Origin: an uncultured Candidatus Saccharibacteria bacterium
GTDB lineage: Bacteria; Patescibacteriota; Minisyncoccia; Phycocordibacterales; Phycocordibacteraceae
Direction of reading: 5' to 3'
Assembly: GCA_964391975.1 (NCBI GenBank)
Contig: CAYMNZ010000001.1
Span: forward strand, 326,978 to 390,977
DNA length: 64,000 bases
Positions 56,281-64,000 of the stretch are shown here, one piece after another (within the stretch, counting starts at the first letter, position 1; every line of letters starts with the position of its first letter). The position numbers were made by a program, and so were the translations under genes. The notes beneath the pieces were generated by a model. The model was not told the origin of the DNA, did no database searches, and saw only the letters and a list, made by a program, of their open reading frames with translations.

Positions 56281-57071
56281 AGGGAGGCAGGTCCAACGCG
56301 CACATACGGGAGCGAAAACGGATTAGCGTACGGGAAAATCTGCACGCGCGCGTCAGGAGAGGAAGGATCAGTTTCGACCTTGCGTATAAGACCCACAGGA
56401 ATGGCACCGGGACCTGGAAGATAGAGCACGTCTCCAACAGCAAGTCCCGAGTCTTTTGACGCCGTCATGGTAAACGTTCCGGCTCCCGTTCCTTTAAGTA
56501 CCACCGGTATACGGTCCTCCCCTGCCCATCCACGATTCTCTCTTCCGGCTTCGGAGAACAACACCGCGCGTGAGCTGGTCTCGCCCACTTCACGAATGGT
56601 GCCAATGGGAATGCCGTGGTGTCCGTAGACGAAGAGGCCTGTGCGAATGCCATCCTTAGCTCCCGCAGCAAGAATGAGCACATCGTACGGAGCCACTGGA
56701 GGACCGGCAAGCACGCCCACCAGCATCTCCTCACTGCTTCCTCCAACTACGTTCCCAATGTCTCTGATTTCAGCACGCGCTGCGGCAAGCTCCACAGACA
56801 GCGCCGCGTTCTCTTCGATGAGACGGTCGCGCTCGAGCGTTAACGCACGTGCGTCCCCAAACGAAGAGGTGAAGCCTCCGACTCCTCCTGCAAGCGAGCC
56901 GCCCACGCTCCACAGCGGCATTGCAATTGCCGTAAACACACCAGGGAACACCAGACGAAGTACGCCAAGTATAAGCACGATGGCGAGCACGATGACGCCG
57001 AGCGAACGAACGTTCGGTGAGATGAGCGAAACCCGCTCGAAACTATGCTTTTGAAATGATGGCCTCTTCAT
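56277..57071 (-). CDS. mreC: Rod shape-determining protein MreC
   Basis: N-terminal TM, coiled-coil (LERDRLIEENAALSVELAAARAEI), beta-rich C-domain; between mreB and mreD. Confidence 0.7.
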   Translation of the reverse strand: MKRPSFQKHSFERVSLISPNVRSLGVIVLAIVLILGVLRLVFPGVFTAIAMPLWSVGGSLAGGVGGFTSSFGDARALTLERDRLIEENAALSVELAAARAEIRDIGNVVGGSSEEMLVGVLAGPPVAPYDVLILAAGAKDGIRTGLFVYGHHGIPIGTIREVGETSSRAVLFSEAGRENRGWAGEDRIPVVLKGTGAGTFTMTASKDSGLAVGDVLYLPGPGAIPVGLIRKVETDPSSPDARVQIFPYANPFSLPYVRVGPASL

Positions 57072-58098
57072 GCATGAATACGCTCTCCCATGGGCGCGGG
57101 TCCTCCGTGATGATGCCGGTGCCTCGTACGACCGCCGTCAGGGGATCTGCTGCTACGTGCACCGGAACGCCAAGCATTTTGGCAAGAAGCTCAGGAAGGC
57201 CACGCAGGAGCGCCCCTCCACCGAAGACGGTAACACCGCGCTGAAGCACGTCGGAGAGAAGCTCGGGTGGCGTATTTTCAATCACATCCTTCATGGCTTC
57301 CATGAGCGTGTCGAGCGAAGGCTCGAGTGCTTCCCGTACATTGGAGTCCGTCAGAGTAATTTCGCGCGGGAGTCCCGTGGCAAGGTCGCGCCCACGCACC
57401 GACTTGGTGAGCTTGGTATCAAGTGGAAGCACTGCGCCGATGGCAATCTTTGTTTCCTCAGCAGTGCGCTCACCAATGGAAAGTTGGAACTCGCTGCGAA
57501 CATAATCAATGATGTTCTCGTTGAAACGGTCCCCTGCCACATGCGAGCTCTTGCTTGCAACCGTGCCGCCAAGCGAGAGAACAGCGATGTCAGTAGTGCC
57601 GCCACCGATATCAAGCACCATGGTGCCGATTGGTTCGTTGACCGGAAGCTTGGCCCCAATAGCACCTGCCATAGGCTCTTCCACTATGTAGACTTCGCGT
57701 GCACCGGAAGAGAGCGCCGCATCGCGCACTGCCCTGCTCTCAACGTTGGTGACGCCGGTTGGCACTCCCACCACCACGCGAGGACCAAACAAACGTGTGC
57801 GATCTCCTTGTGCTTTACGGATTAAATACGCAAGCAACTCCTGCGTCACTTCGAAATCAGAAATCACACCATGCGAGAGCGGACGCACTGCACGCACATG
57901 CGGCGGCGTCTTGCCGAGCATGACTTTCGCTTCGCGCCCAATAGCAACCACCTGTCCGGTCTTCTCGTTGGTGGTGACCACCGATGGCTCGGTGATGACG
58001 ATGCCGCGACCGCGCACATACACGAGGGTATTGGCAGTACCCAAATCAATACCGATATCGCTTGAGAAGAAAGACGCTTTGGAGAGCTTCTTTGCCAT
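57043..58098 (-). CDS. mreB: Rod shape-determining actin homolog MreB
   Basis: DLGTANTLVYV phosphate-1, GGGTTD phosphate-2, adenosine motif; 351 aa. Confidence 0.9.
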   Translation of the reverse strand: MAKKLSKASFFSSDIGIDLGTANTLVYVRGRGIVITEPSVVTTNEKTGQVVAIGREAKVMLGKTPPHVRAVRPLSHGVISDFEVTQELLAYLIRKAQGDRTRLFGPRVVVGVPTGVTNVESRAVRDAALSSGAREVYIVEEPMAGAIGAKLPVNEPIGTMVLDIGGGTTDIAVLSLGGTVASKSSHVAGDRFNENIIDYVRSEFQLSIGERTAEETKIAIGAVLPLDTKLTKSVRGRDLATGLPREITLTDSNVREALEPSLDTLMEAMKDVIENTPPELLSDVLQRGVTVFGGGALLRGLPELLAKMLGVPVHVAADPLTAVVRGTGIITEDPRPWESVFMHEEAIISKA

Positions 58099-58100
58099 AG

Positions 58101-59339
58101 TTACATCGAGAGCACCGTATCGCGGGAAACCTTCTCCATTTCGCCAGTTGCGCGCGCAACTATCTCGACCTGCCCGCTCTTCACGGTCTCCTTCCCGACA
58201 ATGAGTCGTACCGGAATACCGATGAGGTCGCTGTCGTTCAACTTCTCTCCCGCACGCAGCGCGCGGTCGTCATAGAGAACTGAACTGCCCTTCTTCGTCA
58301 GGTCGGCGTAGAGACTCTCCGCAAATGCAGAGACTTCCGCATCATCCGGCGCAAGCGATACAAGGTGGAACTTAAACGGCGCAACTGATTCCGGCCACAC
58401 CATTCCCTTCTCGTCTGCCATAGTTTCGACGATGGTACCCATGAGCCTCGTGGTGCCAATGCCGTAGCAGCCCATGATTGGGTACTGGTCCTTTCCTTCT
58501 TTGTCCTTGTACGTGTAGTTCAGCGCCTTCGGATATTTCAGGCCGAGGTCGAAGACGTTACCAACTTCGGAAGCCTTGCCAAGCGCGAGCGTGCCCTTAG
58601 AACACTTGCCGCAGGTGTCTCCTTCCTTCTGCTGAGAAACTTCAACGTTTGCGCAGTGCGTGCAGGAATCACAGTACAAAATATCGTCCTCTCCCGCGTC
58701 GGTGAGCACCATGAACTCGTAGGAGAGCTTTTCAGAAAACGCACCACCAGAGGCTTCGGTCACCTTCGCCACTAAGCCGCAACGGGTATAGATGCGTAGA
58801 TACGCCTCCTTGGCGAGCTGGTAGAAGCGGTCGAAGTCTTCCTGGGTCTCGTGGAAGGAGTACATGTCCTTCATGCCGAACTCGCGTCCGCGCATGATGC
58901 CGGACTTCGCACGGAGTTCATCGCGGTACTTCTGTCCAATCTGGTAGACCGCAATCGGAAGGTCTTTGTACGAGACAGCGTACTCACCGACAATCGGTGT
59001 CACAATCTCTTCTTCACTATGCCCGAGTGCGTACTCTTTTTCAGTACGGCTCTGTAGTTTAAAGAGCACATCAACATTGTCCCAACCTCCCGTCTGCTTC
59101 AACGGCTCGGAAGGATGGAGTGTTGCCATGCGAATTTCCTGACCACCAAGCGCATCCATCTCCTCACGGATAATATTTTCAATCTTCGTAAGCGTACGAA
59201 GTCCAAGGGGGAGATAGGAGTAGGAACCGGCCATTTCCTTGTGCACGAAACCACCGCGAATGAGGAGCTGCGCGTTCTTCGCGACCTCATCCTTTGGCGC
59301 CTCTCGGCGCGTTCGTGTGAAAAGCCCTGATTGCCGCAT
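58101..59339 (-). CDS. proS: Proline--tRNA ligase (short form lacking INS editing domain; internal Cys4 zinc ribbon)
   Basis: N-terminus MRQSGLFTRTRREAPKDEVAKNAQLLIRGGFV...YLPLGLRTL matches ProRS; class II motifs; CDSCTHC...CGKC insertion; 412 aa. Confidence 0.85.
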   Translation of the reverse strand: MRQSGLFTRTRREAPKDEVAKNAQLLIRGGFVHKEMAGSYSYLPLGLRTLTKIENIIREEMDALGGQEIRMATLHPSEPLKQTGGWDNVDVLFKLQSRTEKEYALGHSEEEIVTPIVGEYAVSYKDLPIAVYQIGQKYRDELRAKSGIMRGREFGMKDMYSFHETQEDFDRFYQLAKEAYLRIYTRCGLVAKVTEASGGAFSEKLSYEFMVLTDAGEDDILYCDSCTHCANVEVSQQKEGDTCGKCSKGTLALGKASEVGNVFDLGLKYPKALNYTYKDKEGKDQYPIMGCYGIGTTRLMGTIVETMADEKGMVWPESVAPFKFHLVSLAPDDAEVSAFAESLYADLTKKGSSVLYDDRALRAGEKLNDSDLIGIPVRLIVGKETVKSGQVEIVARATGEMEKVSRDTVLSM

Positions 59340-59380
59340 CCGGACAGTATACGGCGAGCAGGCCCAGGCAGCAAAAGAGA

Positions 59381-59713
59381 CTAGGCCAGGCGGGCACCAA
59401 GCGGCACCTCACGCTCCGGTTGAGCGAGCACCACCGCTCCATCTTCCCTGTAGAAACCGGTGGTGAGCACCTCCGACATGAATGGTCCCACCTGCCTCGG
59501 TGGGAAGTTGGTGACACACACGACGAGCTTTCCGAGAAGCTCCTCTTTGGTATAGAGCGTGGTGATTTGGGCGCTTGAGGCCTTCACGCCGAACTCGCCA
59601 AAATCTATCTTGAGCTTGTACGCAGGCTTTCGTGCTTCAGGAAAATCCTGCACCTCAATCACCTTACCTACGCGCAACTCAACTTTCTCGAAGTCTTCAA
59701 ACGATAGGTCCAT
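59381..59713 (-). CDS. tRNA-binding protein (CsaA/Trbp111-like OB-fold, EMAP-type)
   Basis: [14 protein letters not shown]...[14 protein letters not shown] matches the MetRS C-terminal/CsaA tRNA-binding domain; 110 aa. Confidence 0.7.
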   Translation of the reverse strand: MDLSFEDFEKVELRVGKVIEVQDFPEARKPAYKLKIDFGEFGVKASSAQITTLYTKEELLGKLVVCVTNFPPRQVGPFMSEVLTTGFYREDGAVVLAQPEREVPLGARLA

Positions 59714-59715
59714 GG

Positions 59716-60819
59716 TTAGGTCGTAAACAGCTTGAAGAGGTCGCTCGCAGTAATCGCAAACATGAGAAGGAGAAGGAACGCAAAGCCTGCGGTGTTCACT
59801 GCTGCGGCGACACCCTTTGGAATTGGGCGGCGGATGATGGACTCGATGATGACAAACAGCAGTCTGCCGCCATCAAGCGCAGGGACGGGAAGCAAGTTAA
59901 TGAGTGCGAGGTTCACCGAGATGATGGCAGTGAGCGAGAGGAGCGAGGCAAAGCCGTTGCCTGCAGCGGTTCCCACGGCTCCTGCGATACCAACAGGGCC
60001 TGAGACCTGAGAGAGGTCTGCCGAGAGCGTGAAGATGCTACCGAAGAAGTTCCAGAGTCCTACCGCCGTCTGCTTCGTCACTTCCCAAGTAATGCGCGCG
60101 CCTTCGATTGGAGCTTCAAGTGGCGAGACGGCAAGTGTGCCGACCACTCCAACGCCAACCCCCAGTGCGTAGCGAGAAGGGTCAGATGCTGCGATTCCCT
60201 GGCGAGGAATAGCATTCACAGTTATCTCTTCTCCGTTTCGCTCGATGGTGAGCGTAATTTCTTCCCCAGTCGTGTCCTTGGCGATAAAGGCCGTAAAGGC
60301 TTCCGGGTCTGGAGCAGAGAAGACCTGCTCGTCGACGGTTGCCGAAACGATGGAGTCGCCGACTTGGATTCCTGCACCTTCGGCAGGAGAACCTGGAAGC
60401 ACGCTTGCAATCATGATGGCAGCATCAGGAGCATTCATTGCCTCTTGAGCAGTGAGCGCGCGCGGCACACCAAGTCCGAGCGTTATTGAAAGAAGCACCC
60501 ACGCGAAGACAAGGTTCATTGCAATGCCCGCAATGAGCACCAGCGCCTGCACGATGCGAGGTTTACTGACAAAAGAACGTGCAGCCGCACCTCCCTCTTC
60601 ACTCTCGTCTTCCCCATATATCTTCACGAAGCCACCAAAGGGCAACCAGTTGAGGGTGTACTCGGTGTCCCCTTTCTTAGCGACCGTCAGTGCGCGCGGT
60701 GGGTAGCCAATACCAAACTCATCTACACGCATCCCTGCCCACTTGGCAGCAAAGAAGTGGCCCAGTTCGTGGACCACGATGAGCACCACGAGAACAATGA
60801 TGAAAAGGAGGATGGACAT
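59716..60819 (-). CDS. rseP: RIP zinc metalloprotease RseP (site-2 protease)
   Basis: HELGHF zinc motif in TM1, PDZ domain, LDG motif; 367 aa. Confidence 0.85.
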   Translation of the reverse strand: MSILLFIIVLVVLIVVHELGHFFAAKWAGMRVDEFGIGYPPRALTVAKKGDTEYTLNWLPFGGFVKIYGEDESEEGGAAARSFVSKPRIVQALVLIAGIAMNLVFAWVLLSITLGLGVPRALTAQEAMNAPDAAIMIASVLPGSPAEGAGIQVGDSIVSATVDEQVFSAPDPEAFTAFIAKDTTGEEITLTIERNGEEITVNAIPRQGIAASDPSRYALGVGVGVVGTLAVSPLEAPIEGARITWEVTKQTAVGLWNFFGSIFTLSADLSQVSGPVGIAGAVGTAAGNGFASLLSLTAIISVNLALINLLPVPALDGGRLLFVIIESIIRRPIPKGVAAAVNTAGFAFLLLLMFAITASDLFKLFTT

Positions 60820-61370
60820 TAGTTGCTTATCTCCCCTTCCTTCTTCTTGGCGAGTGCCTCAAGTGCTGCGGTGCCTCCATCAATGAGCTTTTGCACTTCT
60901 TCCTTGTAGCGCTTCACGTCATCAATGCCCATGCCGCCTTCTTTCTCAGCTGCATCAATCTCACGAATGGTCTCACTGCGGTGACCGCGCAGTGTGATGC
61001 GCGCGTCCTCAAGCTTCTCGTTGGCAAGCTTCATGAGGAGCTGACGGCGCTCAGCAGTAAGTTCTGGAAACGACACGCGCAGCCCCTGGTCATCAGTTGA
61101 TGCAGACACACCGAGGTCTGCCTCAGCAATCGCCTTTTCAATTGCTTTCCCGTTGTCCTTGTCCCAGGGAATAATGCGAATAGTGCGAGCGTCCTCCACC
61201 GAAAGCGAGGCTACCTGCTGTATGGGAGTACGGGCGCCGTAGACTTCCGGTTTGATGGAATCTAGGAGTGCAACGGAAGCGCGGCCAGTGCGGATACCAG
61301 AGAACTCCCGAGAGAGCCATTCCTCGGTCTCCTTAATATTGTTCTTGAGTTTGGTGAAGTCGTATGCCAT
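60819..61370 (-). CDS. frr: Ribosome recycling factor
   Basis: 183 aa, typical RRF sequence (…IRTGRASVALLD…). Confidence 0.9.
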   Translation of the reverse strand: MAYDFTKLKNNIKETEEWLSREFSGIRTGRASVALLDSIKPEVYGARTPIQQVASLSVEDARTIRIIPWDKDNGKAIEKAIAEADLGVSASTDDQGLRVSFPELTAERRQLLMKLANEKLEDARITLRGHRSETIREIDAAEKEGGMGIDDVKRYKEEVQKLIDGGTAALEALAKKKEGEISN

Positions 61371-61375
61371 TGCCT

Positions 61376-62050
61376 CTATCTTACCAAATCCTTGGGCATT
61401 GTGAGCATAAGGTGCTCGAAGATGGGTTTTAGGGGTGCGGAGCTCTCATGGAGGATCGGCACGAAGCGGCTAAGGTCTTCAAGAAAGGCGGCCATGTCTG
61501 GAGTCCTCTCCTTTGTATAGGCTTCGCGAAGCAGCCCTTCTACGAGGAGCCTCGCATCAATGCGAGCAAGACGCTTCTCTTCCTCCTTGTCTGACTTCAT
61601 CCGGTCGAGCACGCGGTCGATGATTTTCTGCTTTCCGGCTTTGGTAGCTTCTAGAAACTCAGTTGCTATCTCGCTCTCTTCGCGTTCACGCGAACCTGGT
61701 AGCGGTTGCAGGCGAGAACGGAGCGTCGCGAGTATGTTCCCTTCTGACGGCACGATAAGAAAAAGGTACGTTCCTTCTGGTGGTTCCTCAAAGAGTTTCA
61801 ACAGTGCGTTCTGCGCCTCATGAAAGAAGCGGCCGGCAGACATGACAATGGCCTTCGAGTTCCCCGTCACTGGTGCCTGGCGTGCGAAGTCTCCGAGTGC
61901 CCGAGCGTCGTCAACTGAGAGCAGTCCATAGCGCGCGACCATCACGTCTGGATTTCCAGTCGTAGGGAGTTTTAGCTCCTTCTCGATGAACGCGAGAGAC
62001 CTCTCAATCCCCTCCTCTGCAAGTCCTCCGAAAAAGTACGCGTGGCTCAT
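61376..62050 (-). CDS. holB: DNA polymerase III delta-prime-like subunit (HolB-like, short, degenerate P-loop)
   Basis: HAYFFGG start, LLKLFEEPPEGTYLFLI (delta-prime box), TLRSRLQ (SRC-like); Walker A is replaced by GLAEEGIE; 224 aa. Confidence 0.5.
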   Translation of the reverse strand: MSHAYFFGGLAEEGIERSLAFIEKELKLPTTGNPDVMVARYGLLSVDDARALGDFARQAPVTGNSKAIVMSAGRFFHEAQNALLKLFEEPPEGTYLFLIVPSEGNILATLRSRLQPLPGSREREESEIATEFLEATKAGKQKIIDRVLDRMKSDKEEEKRLARIDARLLVEGLLREAYTKERTPDMAAFLEDLSRFVPILHESSAPLKPIFEHLMLTMPKDLVR

Positions 62051-63060
62051 CGCTTAGCAAGAATGCTCTTCTTATAGGTATCAAGGTGTCGAAGCGCGAT
62101 ACCAGTACCGCGGGCCACACAGAAGTAGGCGTCTTGGGCGAGCTTGGCAGTCACGCCGGTGCGACGGTAGACCAGCTCAGGCATCATGCGCAGTTGGCTC
62201 GTGCCTCCGGTAAGGATGATGCCGTTGTCGATGATGTCGGAGGCGAGTTCCGGTGGGGTGTCCTGAAGCACCTTGCGAATAGCATTCATCATGTCGCGCA
62301 GATCGCGGTTCATGGCCGTCACAATTTCATTGCTCCGCAGCTCCACCGTGCGCGGAAGGCCTGAGACAAGGTCACGGCCCTTCACCGACATAGAGAGCTC
62401 CTCATCGAGTGGGACGGCCGCTCCTACTTTTATCTTCACGTCCTCAGCGGTCTTGTCGCCAATAGCAAGGTTGTACTGCTTCTTGAGGTAATCAATGATA
62501 GAACGGTCAAGCGCATTGCCCGCCACTTTCACGCTTGTTGAAGCGACAATACCTCCTAAAGAAATCACGGCCACGTCGATAGTGCCGCCGCCCATATCAG
62601 CGACCATGCGGCCCATCGGCTCCTGTATAGAAATGCCAGCACCAATGGCGGCAAGAATTGGCTCCTTCACAACGAATGCGTCTGCTGCTCCGGCCTTCAC
62701 TGCCGCTTCAATCACTGCGCGCTTTTCAGTAGAAGACACTCCTGCGGGAACAGAGACAAGAACTGTTGGCTTCCAGATGTTCCACTTCCCCAAAGCTTTG
62801 CGCATGAAGTAACGAAGCATTGCTTCGGTCACGCGGTAGTCGGCGATAACGCCGTCTTTCATTGGCCGGTACGCAATGATGGAGTCGGGTGTGCGTCCCA
62901 CCATCTGCTTTGCCTCAGTGCCGATAGCGAGCACCTTGTTGTTCTCAACTGAGACGGCAACTACTGAAGGCTCATTGAGTACCACCCCCTTCCCAGGCAC
63001 GAACACGAGCACGTTGGTGGTGCCGAGGTCGATGCCGAGACGAGGTGAGAAGAAAGCCAT
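62047..63060 (-). CDS. Second MreB/Mbl-like actin homolog
   Basis: GIDLGTTNVLVFV, MGGGTIDVAV motifs; start at the ATG at 63060 (MAFFSPRLGIDLG). Confidence 0.8.
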   Translation of the reverse strand: MAFFSPRLGIDLGTTNVLVFVPGKGVVLNEPSVVAVSVENNKVLAIGTEAKQMVGRTPDSIIAYRPMKDGVIADYRVTEAMLRYFMRKALGKWNIWKPTVLVSVPAGVSSTEKRAVIEAAVKAGAADAFVVKEPILAAIGAGISIQEPMGRMVADMGGGTIDVAVISLGGIVASTSVKVAGNALDRSIIDYLKKQYNLAIGDKTAEDVKIKVGAAVPLDEELSMSVKGRDLVSGLPRTVELRSNEIVTAMNRDLRDMMNAIRKVLQDTPPELASDIIDNGIILTGGTSQLRMMPELVYRRTGVTAKLAQDAYFCVARGTGIALRHLDTYKKSILAKR

Positions 63061-63116
63061 TTGCACCATCATACAGTCTAGGGGCGTTGAGTTCAAAAAA
63101 TGCTACTATCCCTTCA

Positions 63117-64000
63117 ATGCCTAAAGAGGAGATTAGCTTCGCCATCGACGGCGGAAAACAGCTTAAAGGCTCGGTGCTGACGAACCGTTCAAAGAACGGC
63201 GCTGTTGCCCTGCTTGCCGCTTCCCTTCTAAATAAAGGAACGACCACCCTCCTCAACGTCCCTAAGATAGAGGAGGTCAATCGCCTCATTGAAGTGTTGG
63301 AATCCATCGGCGTCTCCGTCGTCTGGAACGACCACACGCTCACCGTCACTCCCCCCGAGAAGCTTTCGCTCGATGCAATGGACCGTGTCGCTGCAACAAA
63401 GACCCGCAGCATTCTTATGTTCATCGGTCCCCTGCTCCACCTCTTCAAATCCTTTGACCTTCCACAATCTGGTGGCTGCACACTTGGACTTCGTTCAGTG
63501 CGCTCGCATCTCTGGGCGCTAGAGAACTTTGGCGTCGACATCGAAGCAAGAACCGACCATTTCCATATCACCCACGACGCGCTCAAGCCCGCAAACGTCA
63601 TCTTCTACGAATCAAGTGACACCGCGACTATCAACGCCCTCTTGGCAGCTGCCCGCATCCCAGGCACGAGCGTGCTGCGCTACGCGTCCGCTAATTACCA
63701 GGTCCAGGAAGTGTGCGGCTACCTGAAGATGCTCGGAGTCGGCATTGAAGGCATCGGTACCACCACCCTCTCCGTCACCGGTCTTCCAGAAATAAAGTCG
63801 GACGTTTCCTACTCTGTTGCTGAGGATCCGACCGACGCCATGTTCTTTATCGCCGCAGCGGTGGTCACACGCTCGAAGTTCACGGTAGAGCGCGCGCCTA
63901 TTGAATTTCTTGAAGTCGAACTTTCGGTGCTCGAGAAGATGGGACTGAAATTCTCTGTCACACCTGTGGGCATGTCTGAAAACGGCATCACTAAACTTGC
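63117..64000 (+). CDS. murA: UDP-N-acetylglucosamine 1-carboxyvinyltransferase MurA (3'-truncated by window edge)
   Basis: Open frame from the ATG at 63117 to the window end (not in the ORF table because no stop lies in the window); KNAAL-like (SKNGAVALLAA), LPQSGGCTLGLRSV matching the MurA active-site loop (GGCAIGARPVD). Confidence 0.8.
   Translation, partial: MPKEEISFAIDGGKQLKGSVLTNRSKNGAVALLAASLLNKGTTTLLNVPKIEEVNRLIEVLESIGVSVVWNDHTLTVTPPEKLSLDAMDRVAATKTRSILMFIGPLLHLFKSFDLPQSGGCTLGLRSVRSHLWALENFGVDIEARTDHFHITHDALKPANVIFYESSDTATINALLAAARIPGTSVLRYASANYQVQEVCGYLKMLGVGIEGIGTTTLSVTGLPEIKSDVSYSVAEDPTDAMFFIAAAVVTRSKFTVERAPIEFLEVELSVLEKMGLKFSVTPVGMSENGITKL

Noticed and set aside
63061-63116. Possible extended -10 promoter (TGcTACTAT) giving a near-leaderless murA transcript
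   Set aside because: The -10-like element ends only about 8 nt from the ATG and there is no convincing -35. Plausible but not supportable from sequence alone.
62972-63601. 209-aa minus-strand ORF overlapping the murA start
   Set aside because: The plus-strand frame from 63117 to the window end translates to a clear MurA N-terminus; the antisense frame has no features.

Overview
This 64 kb window is a compact, gene-dense stretch of bacterial chromosome: about 55% GC, many 1-8 nt gene overlaps, Shine-Dalgarno motifs mostly weak or absent. The lineage looks small-genome, possibly Patescibacteria/CPR-like (a DUF3467-like protein, class I LysRS, archaeal-type Asp/AsnRS, many orphan hypotheticals), but this is inference from gene content only. 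Most of the content is core: dnaK (5'-truncated by the window edge) and dnaJ; seven aminoacyl-tRNA synthetases (TyrS, TrpS, Asp/AsnRS, GluRS, CysRS, class I LysRS, ProRS); two tRNAs (Tyr-GTA with encoded CCA, Glu-CTC without); ribosomal proteins L27, L9 and L21; cell-wall/division genes (mraY-ftsW-murG; mraZ-rsmH-ftsL-ftsI-murF; murA partial); a rod-shape module (two mreB, mreC, mreD, mrdA); DnaB, RecR, RmuC, RadC, ScpA/ScpB, GreA, Frr, RseP, a P-type ATPase, a CorA-like transporter and an orphan histidine kinase. Points worth a second look: (1) a tightly coupled five-gene minus-strand operon (Ada-like Zn-binding membrane protein, acidic unknown protein, DEDDh exonuclease, N-terminally extended LOG-family protein, small unknown protein) that ends in an unusual ~670 nt ORF-free region; (2) a cluster of small secreted and membrane proteins with a perfect 15-bp hairpin between two of them; (3) GTGGG-N5-GTGGG direct repeats (putative MraZ operator) upstream of mraZ; (4) a CorA homolog whose GMN/MPEL signature is replaced by AME/LPIV; (5) several unknown proteins translationally coupled to RmuC, flanking rplU, and immediately upstream of the histidine kinase. 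No rRNA, CRISPR array, integrase or transposase was seen.
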